Positions 42,731 to 53,695 are shown, counted from the first letter of the stretch. The stretch: DNA of 64,000 bases from an uncultured Desulfatitalea sp. (GCA_963668675.2 CAXXMB010000002.1:800001-864000), one strand, 5' to 3'. The notes: generated by a model not told the origin, from the sequence alone. Translations and numbers: made by a program.

Positions 42731-43090
42731 CGTTTTGTCCGCCGGTCATCGTTTCCAGAACCATACATGCGGTTTGATGGAAATGCAAACCGCATCCACG
42801 CCGTACCGGCCAGCCAATCGTTCTGTCTCGCATATTCCCCCTTTCAACATTTCTCAGCAATCGAACCACAACAACTAATAGAATTAAAAGGGAAACAGAC
42901 ACGATATCAACCAATGCCGAACGGTTGCGGCCACTCGTTCCCAAGCGCCGATTTGAAATCGGCGCAGGCAGCTCAATTGACAGGGGCGCCCATCCTGTGT
43001 AAGCAACTGTTAAAGCTAATTCTTAAAAAAAACGCCTTTTGCTGGACTGAAGCTGAACGATATCGACCGCGGTTATCTGAAGAGGGCATA

Positions 43091-46000
43091 ATGAAAATCT
43101 CCATTCGCTTGACGCTCATCCTTGGCGTCCTCGGCCTGATCTGGGGCACACAACTTATCATCACCACCTCCACCTATCTTTCCTCTGAAAAGGTTCTGGT
43201 GCGTCATGCTCGTGATATCATGCAGAATATCGCTGAGTTGACCATCGAAAAATCCAAAAACCACCTCTCATTGGCCCAGGGGGCCGCTCGGCTTACAGAG
43301 CGGTTGATCACCTCGCGGGTGGTGGACAGTCATGAGAGCCAGCTCAGCAACCTGGAGAGATATTTCCTCGACCAGTTGGCCGTCTCCCCCCAATTTGCCG
43401 GCATCTATGTCGGCAAACCCAACGGCGATTTTTTTTATGTGAACCGCGATACAACCCACGGCTCGGAAGGCTTTCGGACCAAAATCATCACCCATGCCGA
43501 TGGGCAAAAAAGTACCCGCCTGATTTTCCGGGACCATGACGCCCGCTTGATCGATGAGAGGATTGATCCTGCAGACCCGTATGACCCACGAACGAGGCCC
43601 TGGTATAGAAAGGCGCTCAAATCCAACGCCATCGTTTGGACCGACCCCTATATCTTCTTCACCTCCCAAAAGCCGGGCATCACCATTGCCGGTCCGATTT
43701 ATCAGAACGGGCAAAGCGTTCCGGGGCAGGATGGGCAGCAACTGCGGGGCGTCGTCGGTGTGGACATCGAAATCGACCAGCTCTCGACCTTTATCGGAAA
43801 ACTGCGCATCGGCAAAAGCGGTAGCGCTTTCATGATTAACAACAACGGGGATGTGGTCGCTTTCCCCGATTTGTCCAAGCTGACCTACGATGATGGCCTC
43901 CAGACGGGAAAGACGAGGCTCGCTAAGATCGGTGAGTTGGATGATGGTCTGTCGCGGGCGGCCTTTCAAGCCATCGATGTCTCCAAACGGCCGGATGACC
44001 GTATCGATCTGAAAACGCCATGCTTCGCCCGCTTCGAGTATGAAGGAGAGATCTACCACACCATGTTTGCGCCCTTCCTCGACCGCAACTGGCCGTGGAT
44101 TATCGGCGTCTATCTGCCGGAGAGCGACTACCTGGGTGGTATCAAAACCAATCGTGACATCAACCTTATGGTCACACTGGCCCTCTCCGTACTGGCCACC
44201 CTTCTCGGCCTGCGCGCCGTGCGCGGCATCGTCCGCCCCCTGGCCGGTCTTGAACGCGAAGCCCTGGCCATCAAACAGCACGATCTCACTCAGAGCTTCG
44301 ATATCGGATCGATCTATAAAGAGATTCAGGAGACGGCCGATTCGTTCACGCGCATGAAAGAGGCGCTCATCAGCAGCGAAGAGAAGTACCGCAGCATCTT
44401 CGAAAATATCCAGGACGTCTATTACGAGACCACCATCGACGGTATCATCCTGGAGATCAGCCCTTCGGTGGAGAAGTTCTCCAACTATACCCGCCGGGAG
44501 CTTATCGGTGCATCGCTCAACCAGATATATGCGGATCAAGAAACCCGCAAGACCTATTCGGAGACCATTCTGAAAGAGGGGAAAGTCGACGATTATGAAT
44601 TGCAGATGCAAAACCGCGACGGCGAGTTGGTCTATTGCTCGGTAAACGCCGTTCTCAGAACGACAGAGTCCGGAGAGCCCGACAGGATTATCGGTTCCCT
44701 GCGCGTCATCAACGAACGCAAACAGGCGGAGTTTGAGCTGCGCCGCTACCAGAACCAGCTTGAAGAGCTGGTCCACGAACGCACCCGAGACCTGGAGAAG
44801 ATCAACGAACAGTTACGGCTCGAGGTTGAAGCGCGCAAGGAGAAAGAGGAGCAGCTCCAGAAGAGCGAAGAGAAATACCGCTCGATTATCGAAAGCATGG
44901 ACAACGGCTATTTCGAGATGGACCTCAACGGAGATCTCACCTTCTTCAATCCCCCCCTGGCCGTCATGTTCGGATATGAAGACAAAAGCGAACTGATGGG
45001 GCTTAACTACCGCAACTATATCGCCGCGGATGAGATCCCGGCCATTGAAAAGCGATTCGAAAAAATCTTCGCCACAGGTGTACCGGACGCACTCTCGCGC
45101 TACACGGTCACGACCAAGGACGGCCGAAGAAAGACCGTTGAAGTCACTGCGGCCCTGATCTTCGATAACAACGGAAAGCCCGTCGGCTTTCGCGGGCTGG
45201 TGCTGGATATTACCGAACGGCTCAACGCTGAAAAGGAGAAGAAAAAGCTCGAAGAGCGTTTCCAGCAAATCCAGCGTCTGGAGGGGATCGGCACCCTGGC
45301 GGGTGGCGTGGCCCACGATTTCAACAACCTGCTCATGGGGATTCAGGGCAATGTATCTTTGATGCTGCTGCACTCGAAATCGGGCGATCGCGACTATGAA
45401 AAGCTGAAAAGCATCGAAGCGTGTGTGGCCGGTGGCGCCGACCTCACCCGGCAACTTTTGGGATTCGCCCGGGGGGGGAAATATATGGTCAAGCCGGTGG
45501 ATCTGAACAGCGTGGTCCATGGAACCGCCGGTATGTTTGGCCGCACACGCAAGGAGATCAAAATCCTCAAGAAACAGCAGAAGAACATCTGGCCGGTCAT
45601 GGCCGACCAAAGCCAGATCGAGCAGGTACTGCTCAATCTCTGCATCAATGCCTGGCAAGCCATGCCTGACGGTGGCAATATCTACGTTGAGACCAAAAAT
45701 GTGGTACTCGACGAAAGCTTCGCCCAACCCTTCGGCGCCGCCCCAGGGCGCTATGTGCGCATCTCGATTGCCGACACAGGAACCGGCATCGACCCATCAA
45801 TACAGCATAAGATATTTGAACCCTTCTTTACGACCAAGGAGATCGGCCGCGGCACCGGTTTGGGGTTGGCATCGACCTACGGCATCATCAAAAACCACGA
45901 TGGCATCATCGATTTTATCAGTCAGCCGAATGAGGGCACGACATTCTATGTTTACCTTCCGGCCACCGACGCGGCGGTCGAGGATGAACAAGCCTTGGCG

Positions 46001-46384
46001 ATGGAAGCGACCAAGGGGTCCGGCACCATCCTGCTGGTCGATGACGAAGAGATCATCATCGATGTCAACAAGGCCATGCTGGAGACGCTGGGCTACACCG
46101 TCATCCCAGCCATTGGCGGTAAAGAAGCTGTCCGGATCTATGAAAACGATGGGGAACGCATCGACATGGTGATTCTGGATATGATCATGCCGGATCTGAG
46201 TGGTGGTGAAGTATTCGACCGCCTCAAGAGCATCGACCCGAGCGTCAAAGTGCTCCTCTCCAGCGGCTACAGTCTGACCGATCAGGCCGAAACCATCCTG
46301 GAGCGCGGCTGCCTGGGCTTCATTCAAAAACCGTTCAACATCGAACAGCTGAGCCTGAAAATCATGGAAGTTCTGGAGAGTTAA
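43091..46384 (+). CDS. Hybrid sensor histidine kinase (Cache-HAMP-PAS-PAS-HisKA-HATPase-REC)
   Basis: TM, YDPRTRPWY/WTDPY Cache motifs, two PAS repeats, AHDFNNLL, FFTTK, GTGLGL, REC LVDDE..LDMIMP..KP; start at MKISIRL. Confidence 0.92.
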   Translation: MKISIRLTLILGVLGLIWGTQLIITTSTYLSSEKVLVRHARDIMQNIAELTIEKSKNHLSLAQGAARLTERLITSRVVDSHESQLSNLERYFLDQLAVSPQFAGIYVGKPNGDFFYVNRDTTHGSEGFRTKIITHADGQKSTRLIFRDHDARLIDERIDPADPYDPRTRPWYRKALKSNAIVWTDPYIFFTSQKPGITIAGPIYQNGQSVPGQDGQQLRGVVGVDIEIDQLSTFIGKLRIGKSGSAFMINNNGDVVAFPDLSKLTYDDGLQTGKTRLAKIGELDDGLSRAAFQAIDVSKRPDDRIDLKTPCFARFEYEGEIYHTMFAPFLDRNWPWIIGVYLPESDYLGGIKTNRDINLMVTLALSVLATLLGLRAVRGIVRPLAGLEREALAIKQHDLTQSFDIGSIYKEIQETADSFTRMKEALISSEEKYRSIFENIQDVYYETTIDGIILEISPSVEKFSNYTRRELIGASLNQIYADQETRKTYSETILKEGKVDDYELQMQNRDGELVYCSVNAVLRTTESGEPDRIIGSLRVINERKQAEFELRRYQNQLEELVHERTRDLEKINEQLRLEVEARKEKEEQLQKSEEKYRSIIESMDNGYFEMDLNGDLTFFNPPLAVMFGYEDKSELMGLNYRNYIAADEIPAIEKRFEKIFATGVPDALSRYTVTTKDGRRKTVEVTAALIFDNNGKPVGFRGLVLDITERLNAEKEKKKLEERFQQIQRLEGIGTLAGGVAHDFNNLLMGIQGNVSLMLLHSKSGDRDYEKLKSIEACVAGGADLTRQLLGFARGGKYMVKPVDLNSVVHGTAGMFGRTRKEIKILKKQQKNIWPVMADQSQIEQVLLNLCINAWQAMPDGGNIYVETKNVVLDESFAQPFGAAPGRYVRISIADTGTGIDPSIQHKIFEPFFTTKEIGRGTGLGLASTYGIIKNHDGIIDFISQPNEGTTFYVYLPATDAAVEDEQALAMEATKGSGTILLVDDEEIIIDVNKAMLETLGYTVIPAIGGKEAVRIYENDGERIDMVILDMIMPDLSGGEVFDRLKSIDPSVKVLLSSGYSLTDQAETILERGCLGFIQKPFNIEQLSLKIMEVLES

Positions 46385-46959
46385 ACCGATGCATCTACCA
46401 GCAGCATCCAATAGGCATTGAGCTGACGGTCCAGCTCTCTGGGGTTGGGGATCTGTTTTGAGAGCGCTTCCCAGAATTGGGGCCCGTGATGCTTGATGCG
46501 GGTGTGTACCAGTTCGTGAAGGATCGTATAGTCCATCAACGATTGGGGCAGATGGACAAGCTTGGCGTTCAAATTGATGTTGTTCTTGTGGGAACAGCTG
46601 CCCCAGCGCGTCTTCTGGTTGCGGATGAACACCCGGTTATAGGTGAATCCGTGTCGGACCGCCAGCACCTCCAAACGCTGCACCAGGATGGTCCGGGCTT
46701 GTGATGGAGAGATGTCGCTCTCCACGTTTCGTGCCAGTACCGTCTGCTCGACCAGCGCCATGCGTGCCAGGTGTTTGGCCAACCAATCCGATTTGTTTCG
46801 GGCAATGTCCAGGGCCTCATTGAAAGAGACCCCTTTGGGCACGGCGATGCGAACGCCCCTGAAAGGTTTTACCGACAGGTTGATGTGGCGGGCGCGGCTG
46901 CTGCGCTCCAACAGAATCTCACCAACCCCCTCCAATATCACCTTTTTCGATTGCATCAC
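46381..46959 (-). CDS. YgjP-like (DUF45) metallopeptidase-domain protein
   Basis: QKTRWGSCS, HELVH, HGPQFW. Confidence 0.88.
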   Translation of the reverse strand: MMQSKKVILEGVGEILLERSSRARHINLSVKPFRGVRIAVPKGVSFNEALDIARNKSDWLAKHLARMALVEQTVLARNVESDISPSQARTILVQRLEVLAVRHGFTYNRVFIRNQKTRWGSCSHKNNINLNAKLVHLPQSLMDYTILHELVHTRIKHHGPQFWEALSKQIPNPRELDRQLNAYWMLLVDASV

Positions 46960-47233
46960 CTGGCACCTTGCGTTGGCTCATCGGTTACCCACGCTCAAGG
47001 CGGCGACCATATCACAATCTCGACGTCCATGCACCCGCTGACCGAAACTGGAGATACAACCAGCGCATTCCCTCTTGCCGATACATATCCCAGCCCACTG
47101 GTTTTGTTAATAATAAAGATGGACAACACAAGGGGAAGTGGGGTAGTGAGAGGGGTCGATAAAAAAAGCTCACGCAAACTATGGCAGGGCCATTGGATCT
47201 AATGCGCCGACAGCCAACAGAATCATCAAGCGT

Positions 47234-49375
47234 ATGAAGCGTTCCAAAGCACTTCAAATCGCCCTCTTCTATGCCCTCTTCGCAGGCATCTGGATTCTTG
47301 TCTCCGATCAGATGAGCCTCCTGATGAGCGACTATTTTCCACCGCCGATTCGCCCCTATCTGCAAACCCTCAAGGGCGGTCTGTTTGTCGTCATCACATG
47401 CGTCCTGCTCTATCTTCTGATCAAAAGGGAGGTCGGCCAGTTGAAACGTGCCGAAACCCGACTCAAAGAGAGCCAGGCCATCGTCAACGCCAGCCCCATG
47501 ATCATTTGCCTGTGGCGAAATGCTCCCCGATGGCCGGTCGAGATGATATCGGAGAATGCCACGGAGACGTTCGGCTATGCCCCGGAGGAGTTTACCAGCG
47601 AAGCGATTACATTCGCTGAAGTGGTCCATCCCGATGACATGGAGCGCATCAGCGAGGAGATCGTCGAAAACATCAAGGTGTTGAAACGCGATGCCTTCGC
47701 CCAAAGCTACCGTATCATCACCAAAGAGGGCGATATCAAATGGGTCGAGGACCGCACGCTGGTCCGACGCAACGAACAGGGGCGCATCACCCATTTCCAG
47801 GGTATTGTCTTTGACGTTACCGAAAAGAAGTTGGCCGAGGAGAATTCGCGGCGGCGGAAGGAGCTGCTGCAGACCATCATGGACAACATCCCGCTGATGA
47901 TCGTATTCAACGAGGCCGACGGGCGGATTCGATGGGCCAACCGCACCTGGGAATCAACCTTGGGATGGCGCCTGGACGAAGCCGAATCATCAGACATCAT
48001 GCGTAGTCTCTACCCCGACCCGGCCGACCACACTGAAGTGATGGAATTCATTCGGCGCGCCGAAGGCAAGTGGGGGACGTTCAAAGTTCATACTAGGGAC
48101 GGATCTGTATTGGAGACCTCCTGGATCAATATGGTGCTCTCCGATGGAACCAACATCGGCATCGGCCAGGATGTTACCGAGTTCAGGGCGCAGGAGCGCA
48201 AGAGAAGAGATTTGGAGGTCCAGCTGCTTCAGTCCCAGAAGATGGAAGCGGTGGGGCGCCTGGCCGGCGGCGTGGCCCACGACTTCAACAACCTGCTGGC
48301 GGTCGTCCTGGGCTACGCCGAACTACTGCTTCCCCAATGCTCGCCGGGAGATGCATTCGAACCGTCGTTGCGTAAAATTGTCGGTGCGGCGGAGCGCGCC
48401 AAAAACCTCACCCGACAACTGCTCGCCTTTGGCCGCAAACAGATGCTCACCGTCAACACGTTCGATATCAACAGCGTCATCCGCGCCTTTGAAAAGATGA
48501 TCCGCAGGACACTCAGCGAAGACATTGCCATTGAACTGGCGTTAACCGACCAGCCATGCACCATCAAAGCGGACATCTCACAGATCGAACAGGTGTTGAT
48601 GAACCTTGTGCTCAATGCGCGCGACGCCATGCCCGACGGCGGCACCCTGACCATCGAGACCGCCGTCCGCAGCATCGACGAAACTTACGCCGCAGGCAAA
48701 CCCGGAACTGCCCCGGGGTCCTACATCATGGTGGCCATCAGCGACACGGGCACGGGAATGGACCAACAGACCTCGGCTCATATCTTCGAACCCTTCTTCA
48801 CCACCAAAGGCGAAGAGAGCGGCACCGGATTGGGCCTCTCCACCGCCTATGGCATCGTCAAACAGCACGAAGGCAACATCTGGGTCTACAGCGAACCGGG
48901 TCAGGGTACCATTTTTAAAATCTACCTTCCCCATGTATCCGAAGAGGCGACCGCAAAGGAATCGAAAAAAGCACCCCCACCGTTCGCGCCGTCATCCATA
49001 TCGGCCCGTATCCTCGTCGTCGAAGACGACGACGCGGTTCGCGACCTGACCTCCACCCTTCTGGAGGGGCTGGGGTTTGATGTGATCAGCTCCGAAGACG
49101 CCACCGATGCTATCCGGCTTGCGAAGGAGATCGATCAACCGCTCGATCTGCTCCTCACCGACGTCGTCATGCCGGACATGAAAGGCCCGGAAGTGTATCG
49201 CCAAATCGTCGAGCACCAACCCGACATCAAAGTGCTCTACATGTCCGGCTACACGGAGAATGTGATCTTTAAGAAAGGCATCCTGCAAGAGGGCATCGAC
49301 TTCATCCAGAAACCCTTCACGTTAAGGGCCCTGCACGAAAAGATCAGCCGGATTCTCAGCCCCCCATCAGTATAA
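47234..49375 (+). CDS. Hybrid sensor histidine kinase (2TM-PAS-PAS-HisKA-HATPase-REC)
   Basis: VHPDD PAS, AHDFNNLL, NARDAM, GTGLGL, LLTDVVMP, KPF. Confidence 0.93.
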   Translation: MKRSKALQIALFYALFAGIWILVSDQMSLLMSDYFPPPIRPYLQTLKGGLFVVITCVLLYLLIKREVGQLKRAETRLKESQAIVNASPMIICLWRNAPRWPVEMISENATETFGYAPEEFTSEAITFAEVVHPDDMERISEEIVENIKVLKRDAFAQSYRIITKEGDIKWVEDRTLVRRNEQGRITHFQGIVFDVTEKKLAEENSRRRKELLQTIMDNIPLMIVFNEADGRIRWANRTWESTLGWRLDEAESSDIMRSLYPDPADHTEVMEFIRRAEGKWGTFKVHTRDGSVLETSWINMVLSDGTNIGIGQDVTEFRAQERKRRDLEVQLLQSQKMEAVGRLAGGVAHDFNNLLAVVLGYAELLLPQCSPGDAFEPSLRKIVGAAERAKNLTRQLLAFGRKQMLTVNTFDINSVIRAFEKMIRRTLSEDIAIELALTDQPCTIKADISQIEQVLMNLVLNARDAMPDGGTLTIETAVRSIDETYAAGKPGTAPGSYIMVAISDTGTGMDQQTSAHIFEPFFTTKGEESGTGLGLSTAYGIVKQHEGNIWVYSEPGQGTIFKIYLPHVSEEATAKESKKAPPPFAPSSISARILVVEDDDAVRDLTSTLLEGLGFDVISSEDATDAIRLAKEIDQPLDLLLTDVVMPDMKGPEVYRQIVEHQPDIKVLYMSGYTENVIFKKGILQEGIDFIQKPFTLRALHEKISRILSPPSV

Positions 49376-49376
49376 T

Positions 49377-49409
49377 AAAAGAGAGCCCGGGAGAACCGGA
49401 CTCTCTTTT
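49377..49409. terminator. Bidirectional terminator between convergent genes
   Basis: AAAAGAGAG-CCCGG-GAGAA-CCGGA-CTCTCTTTT. Confidence 0.7.
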
Positions 49410-49480
49410 GCTGCATGATATTGTATCGTATAGTGGCCGGCCTTATCGCATCAAAACCGGCTGCGCCGTATGTCATCTTC

Positions 49481-51568
49481 CTACCTGGGCATCGCCATCG
49501 GCAGTATGCTCATCACCATATCCCAGGGGGCAACCGGCCAGTCGTACAGCGTTCCGGGGAGGTCTTCCTCGTCTTCGAAATCACCGTTGCCATTCATATC
49601 GCCCAGGACACGATACTGTCCCTCCATGGCCTCCAGCCGTCCGGCCACGCCATTGGTGGTAGAGGTCACGGTCAAGGCGCCACTCACAGGCCATCCGCCA
49701 TCCGCGAAGATAAACGGTGTGCCGATGGTGGTTACGCTCACCGACCCATAGGTGCTATGGTAGAAGGTGCCGTTTACGGTCACTAAGGTATCCTCACCTC
49801 CATCCGTAACGTCGATCTGGTAGTTGTCCATGAAGGTCGTCACGCCCGCCGGGTTGGTGGCGATCAGAGAGAGCGCCACATGGGTCCCCTCTTCAGATTG
49901 CGTGAAATCGAAGTCGCCGCCGTAGATAAACGCCGCCCCTTGATCGATGATCGAGAGGCGACCCACATGCAGATTTATCGCCATCTCCGAAGCTGACACC
50001 TCATCGATGTTGGAGTGACTGCTCTCGACCAGCAGGGTCATATTGGGCGCACCACCGATCGCGGGCGCTTCGATGGCGAAGACCTGCTCGCCCTCTTCCA
50101 TCAGGCTCAACTCACCGGAGAGCGAAGCTTCGACGCGATTGCTCGATTCATAACCATCATAGTCCCCCGCTTCCGTGTAGTGGTCCGTTTCGGTGCTGCT
50201 CATCGAGAAGGAGAGATTCAGATCTTCCAGTAAAAATGAGGTCTCTTCGGCAGTAAAACTCAAAGAGGCCTGCAGGTCGAGACCCATTTGACTTTCGTAA
50301 ACCACATCCCCCTCATCGATGGCTGTGGTGTATTCGTTGGCCAGCGTCAAACTGCCCAGTTCCAGATTGAGGTTGAACATTTCGGTCTCGACCTCGCCAG
50401 CCACATCGTTGGCCACAACCGTAACCGTACCCGAGCATGCGAAGGATGAGGATTCACTGGACACCCCTCTCGTGCCGCCGTGAAACGCTACAGTGGCGTA
50501 GCTCTGCTCCTCCTCGGCTTTAAAGGAACCGTTGACCAGATCGACCGTGATCACCTGGGATTCCCCAGCCACATCACCGCTTGCAGTCAGCACCAAGTGG
50601 ACACCGCCACTCAGACTGGTGTCGTAATAAGCATCGCGGGTTTCCCCTTCGTTGGCAATTGTTTCACCGGAGGCCGTCATTACAATGCAGTTGCTTGCCA
50701 TGAGACTGATCGATTCACTATTGAAGCTGATCTGTCCGAAGAAGTTGCCCTCATAGCGCTCCTTCTCTCCTGTCTCATCCGAGCCGTAAAAAAAACGGTT
50801 CTCCAGCGTTCCGGAGATGGCCACACTCTCACCGGCATCCGCATTGGCTCCGCTGAACTGACCCACGACGCTGATCAACTGGTCGTCGGATTCATAGTCA
50901 TCCAGAAAGGTCATCAAAGCGACCAGATCCGCCGGCGCATCGGGCGCCGAATCAAATGCCATGGAGACCGTCACAGTACCGTTGGCGCTGAAAGGTTCGG
51001 CGCAGCCCCCCGGCGTCTCTTCGCTGCAGTGCTCAGCCTGGTTCAACGTAATAACGATGGTGTAGCGATCGCTGGCAGCATCATAGATCCAGCTGCCGGC
51101 CGTTGCTGTTCCGCTGACATTGGGATAGCCCTCCTCGATCAGACGATCGTGCAACTCCTCCAGCAAAATATCGCCGAGAAGATCCTCCATGGCACCACTG
51201 ACCATTTCACCCGCAGCGCTGCGGGTCACACCATCGGAGAGCGAGCGAACCATCGGTTCCACCGCTTGCTTCTCAGCATCTGCCGCCATCAAACCCGTGA
51301 CCGACAGAGATCGGGACAACGCACTCGGCAACACATCATTTGCACGTGCATCGGAACCCAACAGGTTCAACCCCATGGCTCCCTTGGCCAGCTCTTCGAT
51401 ATTGGTGTCGTCAATCACAGCCGGATCTTCGTTTCCGCTATAGCCAAGTGCCTGGACACCGTCCGGTGGGGGCGCACTGCCACCGCCAGACCCACCGCCA
51501 CAAGCGGTTACCAGCGCCATAATTGCAAACAACATCAGCAACAGCATACCATTCGACTTAACGTTCAT
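49481..51568 (-). CDS. Large acidic lipoprotein of unknown function
   Basis: Lipobox LVTA-C, GGGSGGGS linker, E/D/S-rich beta-patterned body, DMNGNGDFEDEED near C-terminus. Confidence 0.8.
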   Translation of the reverse strand: MNVKSNGMLLLMLFAIMALVTACGGGSGGGSAPPPDGVQALGYSGNEDPAVIDDTNIEELAKGAMGLNLLGSDARANDVLPSALSRSLSVTGLMAADAEKQAVEPMVRSLSDGVTRSAAGEMVSGAMEDLLGDILLEELHDRLIEEGYPNVSGTATAGSWIYDAASDRYTIVITLNQAEHCSEETPGGCAEPFSANGTVTVSMAFDSAPDAPADLVALMTFLDDYESDDQLISVVGQFSGANADAGESVAISGTLENRFFYGSDETGEKERYEGNFFGQISFNSESISLMASNCIVMTASGETIANEGETRDAYYDTSLSGGVHLVLTASGDVAGESQVITVDLVNGSFKAEEEQSYATVAFHGGTRGVSSESSSFACSGTVTVVANDVAGEVETEMFNLNLELGSLTLANEYTTAIDEGDVVYESQMGLDLQASLSFTAEETSFLLEDLNLSFSMSSTETDHYTEAGDYDGYESSNRVEASLSGELSLMEEGEQVFAIEAPAIGGAPNMTLLVESSHSNIDEVSASEMAINLHVGRLSIIDQGAAFIYGGDFDFTQSEEGTHVALSLIATNPAGVTTFMDNYQIDVTDGGEDTLVTVNGTFYHSTYGSVSVTTIGTPFIFADGGWPVSGALTVTSTTNGVAGRLEAMEGQYRVLGDMNGNGDFEDEEDLPGTLYDWPVAPWDMVMSILPMAMPR

Positions 51569-51683
51569 CTCGGAATTCCTTTCAGCATTGTTGTTTCGTT
51601 TAGAGGTTGCATCTTCATTCTATGAAAGCAGTAATTCCCAACTTGTGCGGATCTGCGTTCGCTCATTCAAAAAGGAGAGAGTG

Positions 51684-51699
51684 AGCAACTTGTGTGCCA
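51684..51699 (-). promoter_or_regulatory. Sigma54 (-24/-12) promoter of the lipoprotein gene
   Basis: TGGCAC-ACAAG-TTGCT about 115 bp upstream of ATG 51568. Confidence 0.75.
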
Positions 51700-52305
51700 C
51701 CAAAGAATAAAAACAGTATTTACATTTATTTTCTTACAGTTATGCTATTTTACCCCATTGAACTACTGCTTTAGTAAATAAGAGATTCATTACCCGCTAT
51801 CCGGAATTCCGGACAGCGTCCCGGATTTCGGACCGACAGGGCATCCGTGGCACGCACACACCATGCACCCCCCCTGCGCACCGTGATGGCACAAGATTCA
51901 TGCACATGATCGATTTAGCTACTAACTGAAATATATAGATAAAATAAGCGCCCGGCGATATCATTTATAAACAGGGCGATGACGGCCACCGTCTAAAGCA
52001 ATCATCATTACAGTGGTCCGAAGATGAGAGGGTCGATAGAAATACTAACAAATCGAGGTTGCACTAGGTATGAAACTAACTTCCTATTACTTGTGGGCAC
52101 AACTGCCTAGTTGCGAAGCACTGGAACTGACGTTGTAATCGTGCATCAGAACACACGGCCTGGAGTATGGTGATGGTCCAGGTGATGTTAGGCGTTGAAT
52201 TTATCCGGCAACGGCAATCTGAAGCTCAGCGTATCTTTCAATTCTAAAATAGAAAATCGCCTTTCCATCGCCGGAATTACAGGTTGGATTCCAAAGAATA
52301 TGTAT

Positions 52306-52532
52306 TCCGTAAGCGATCCCGATTATCAAATCCAGCCTCCGTATGCCCTTAGTCGAATAAAGGAGATCAGGGTTTCATCGACCTTTCTTTTTACCATCAG
52401 GCGCTCGATGATTTTCATAATGCCTTTTACTACCCATCCCCCAATAACGAAAATGGCAATAGCACTGACGACTCTGAGGCCATAAAGGGTCAGTAAAGTG
52501 TATACTTTTCCCATCAAATCAGACCATTCCAT
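52306..52532 (-). pseudogene. mscS: Small-conductance mechanosensitive channel remnant (internally deleted, truncated)
   Basis: RBS AGGAGG; MscS TM1 region (..VVSAIAIFVIGGWVVK..KVDETLISFI) joins out of frame to a C-domain piece KGIRRLDLIIGIAYG. Confidence 0.7.
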
Positions 52533-52555
52533 TTCTTCCTCCTTTTATCTTGGAT

Positions 52556-53268
52556 TTAGAAGCTGATTACCATTGACGTTGAAAAAATGGTGTCAGTTTT
52601 TTTTAGCTCGCGGGGTATAGGATCGTTGTTGTACAATACCGAGTACGAAATTTTCAGTGCCAGAATATCCGTCAACGTTGTGATCAACGCGGTTTCCGAG
52701 TTTAATTTCCAGGTATCAATTTCTTCCCAGCTTTGCAGGTATTGCAGCCCTTGATAGAATTTAGTTTTTTCCGAAAACACCCATTCGTATTTTGCAAACA
52801 GCCTACCTTCCAAAAAATCATTTTCCCCCTCTTGAGGATCTGTGTAATTTTCAAATGCGTTGGGCCAATCAAAAAACGATATCCCAAACCCGGTCCGATG
52901 CCAAAGCGATGATCGAATCCTGAGAACTTATCTTGAAACCAGCTACCGAGTCCGTAAGCATACCATCTGTCATTTATGGAATAATCGGCTCTTAGGTCCG
53001 TGAAATATCTCTCGGTTTCTTTTATGCCATCTGCCTCGTTATATATGGCGCCAGCGAACCATGACCCCGACCACTTCTCGTTAAATAAATATTTCATCTC
53101 ATTTTTGCCGGCCAGACTCAGCGTATCGGTGTTTCCAGTTGTGTTGACCAGAGATATGCTTGTCTCATTGGAAAAACGCTTTTTTCCTTCTGTAGACTGG
53201 TTTTCGGCATAAGCAAGGGCGACTGAACAGACAAGTAATACGTTTAAAAATATCAGAATATTACGCAT
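52556..53268 (-). pseudogene. DUF481/YdiY-type outer membrane beta-barrel, frameshifted
   Basis: Signal peptide, NTTGNTDT, QDKFSG, GPGLGY; frame changes after GPTH (~52855) to ENYTD..EGRLFAKYEW..KTDTIFSTSMVISF (terminal Phe). Confidence 0.75.
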
Positions 53269-53695
53269 TTATTATTCTACCTCTTTGTTCATATTTTCAA
53301 CGGAGCCCAAGAGTAATTGAGATACACCTTCAATCGGACCTTTGCCAAAACGGAGGGGACTCTTGTAGGCAATACGGATGTTGTGGTGGGTCAGAAAGAC
53401 GCAGAGGTTGCGATTACATTTTGCAAATTTAGCTTGTCATGTATTTCAACCGCGTTGGCATACATTGAGAGTATCCCAAGAAAATTGAGACTGTCAAATC
53501 CTGTGATCACATACCAGTGCATGCCGGTCGGCACCAATTGGGATGCTAAACGTTTTCATGATATTCCAGGACACACTAATTGCGTAAGATTTCAATATTA
53601 CTTCAGCTAAATAGACTATCTTTTGCGATCAGAATGATCTGATCTGTCTATTAAGTCAGAATGAAAAGCGTCAGCGCTGTCTGATCATATTCGAC

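Noticed and set aside
42572..43090. N-terminal 173-aa extension of the hybrid kinase in the ORF track
   Set aside because: Overlaps an opposite-strand gene; RBS-like GAGGG and the first TM helix support ATG 43091.
51948..51986. APGDIIYKQGDDG, resembling a cyclic-nucleotide-binding domain fragment
   Set aside because: Only 13 residues, preceded by a stop codon; cannot be distinguished from chance without a search.
52040..52195. Possible integron attC site (GCCTAAC at a stop codon, GTTAG downstream)
   Set aside because: No properly paired L boxes or matching R box; no integrase or cassette array.
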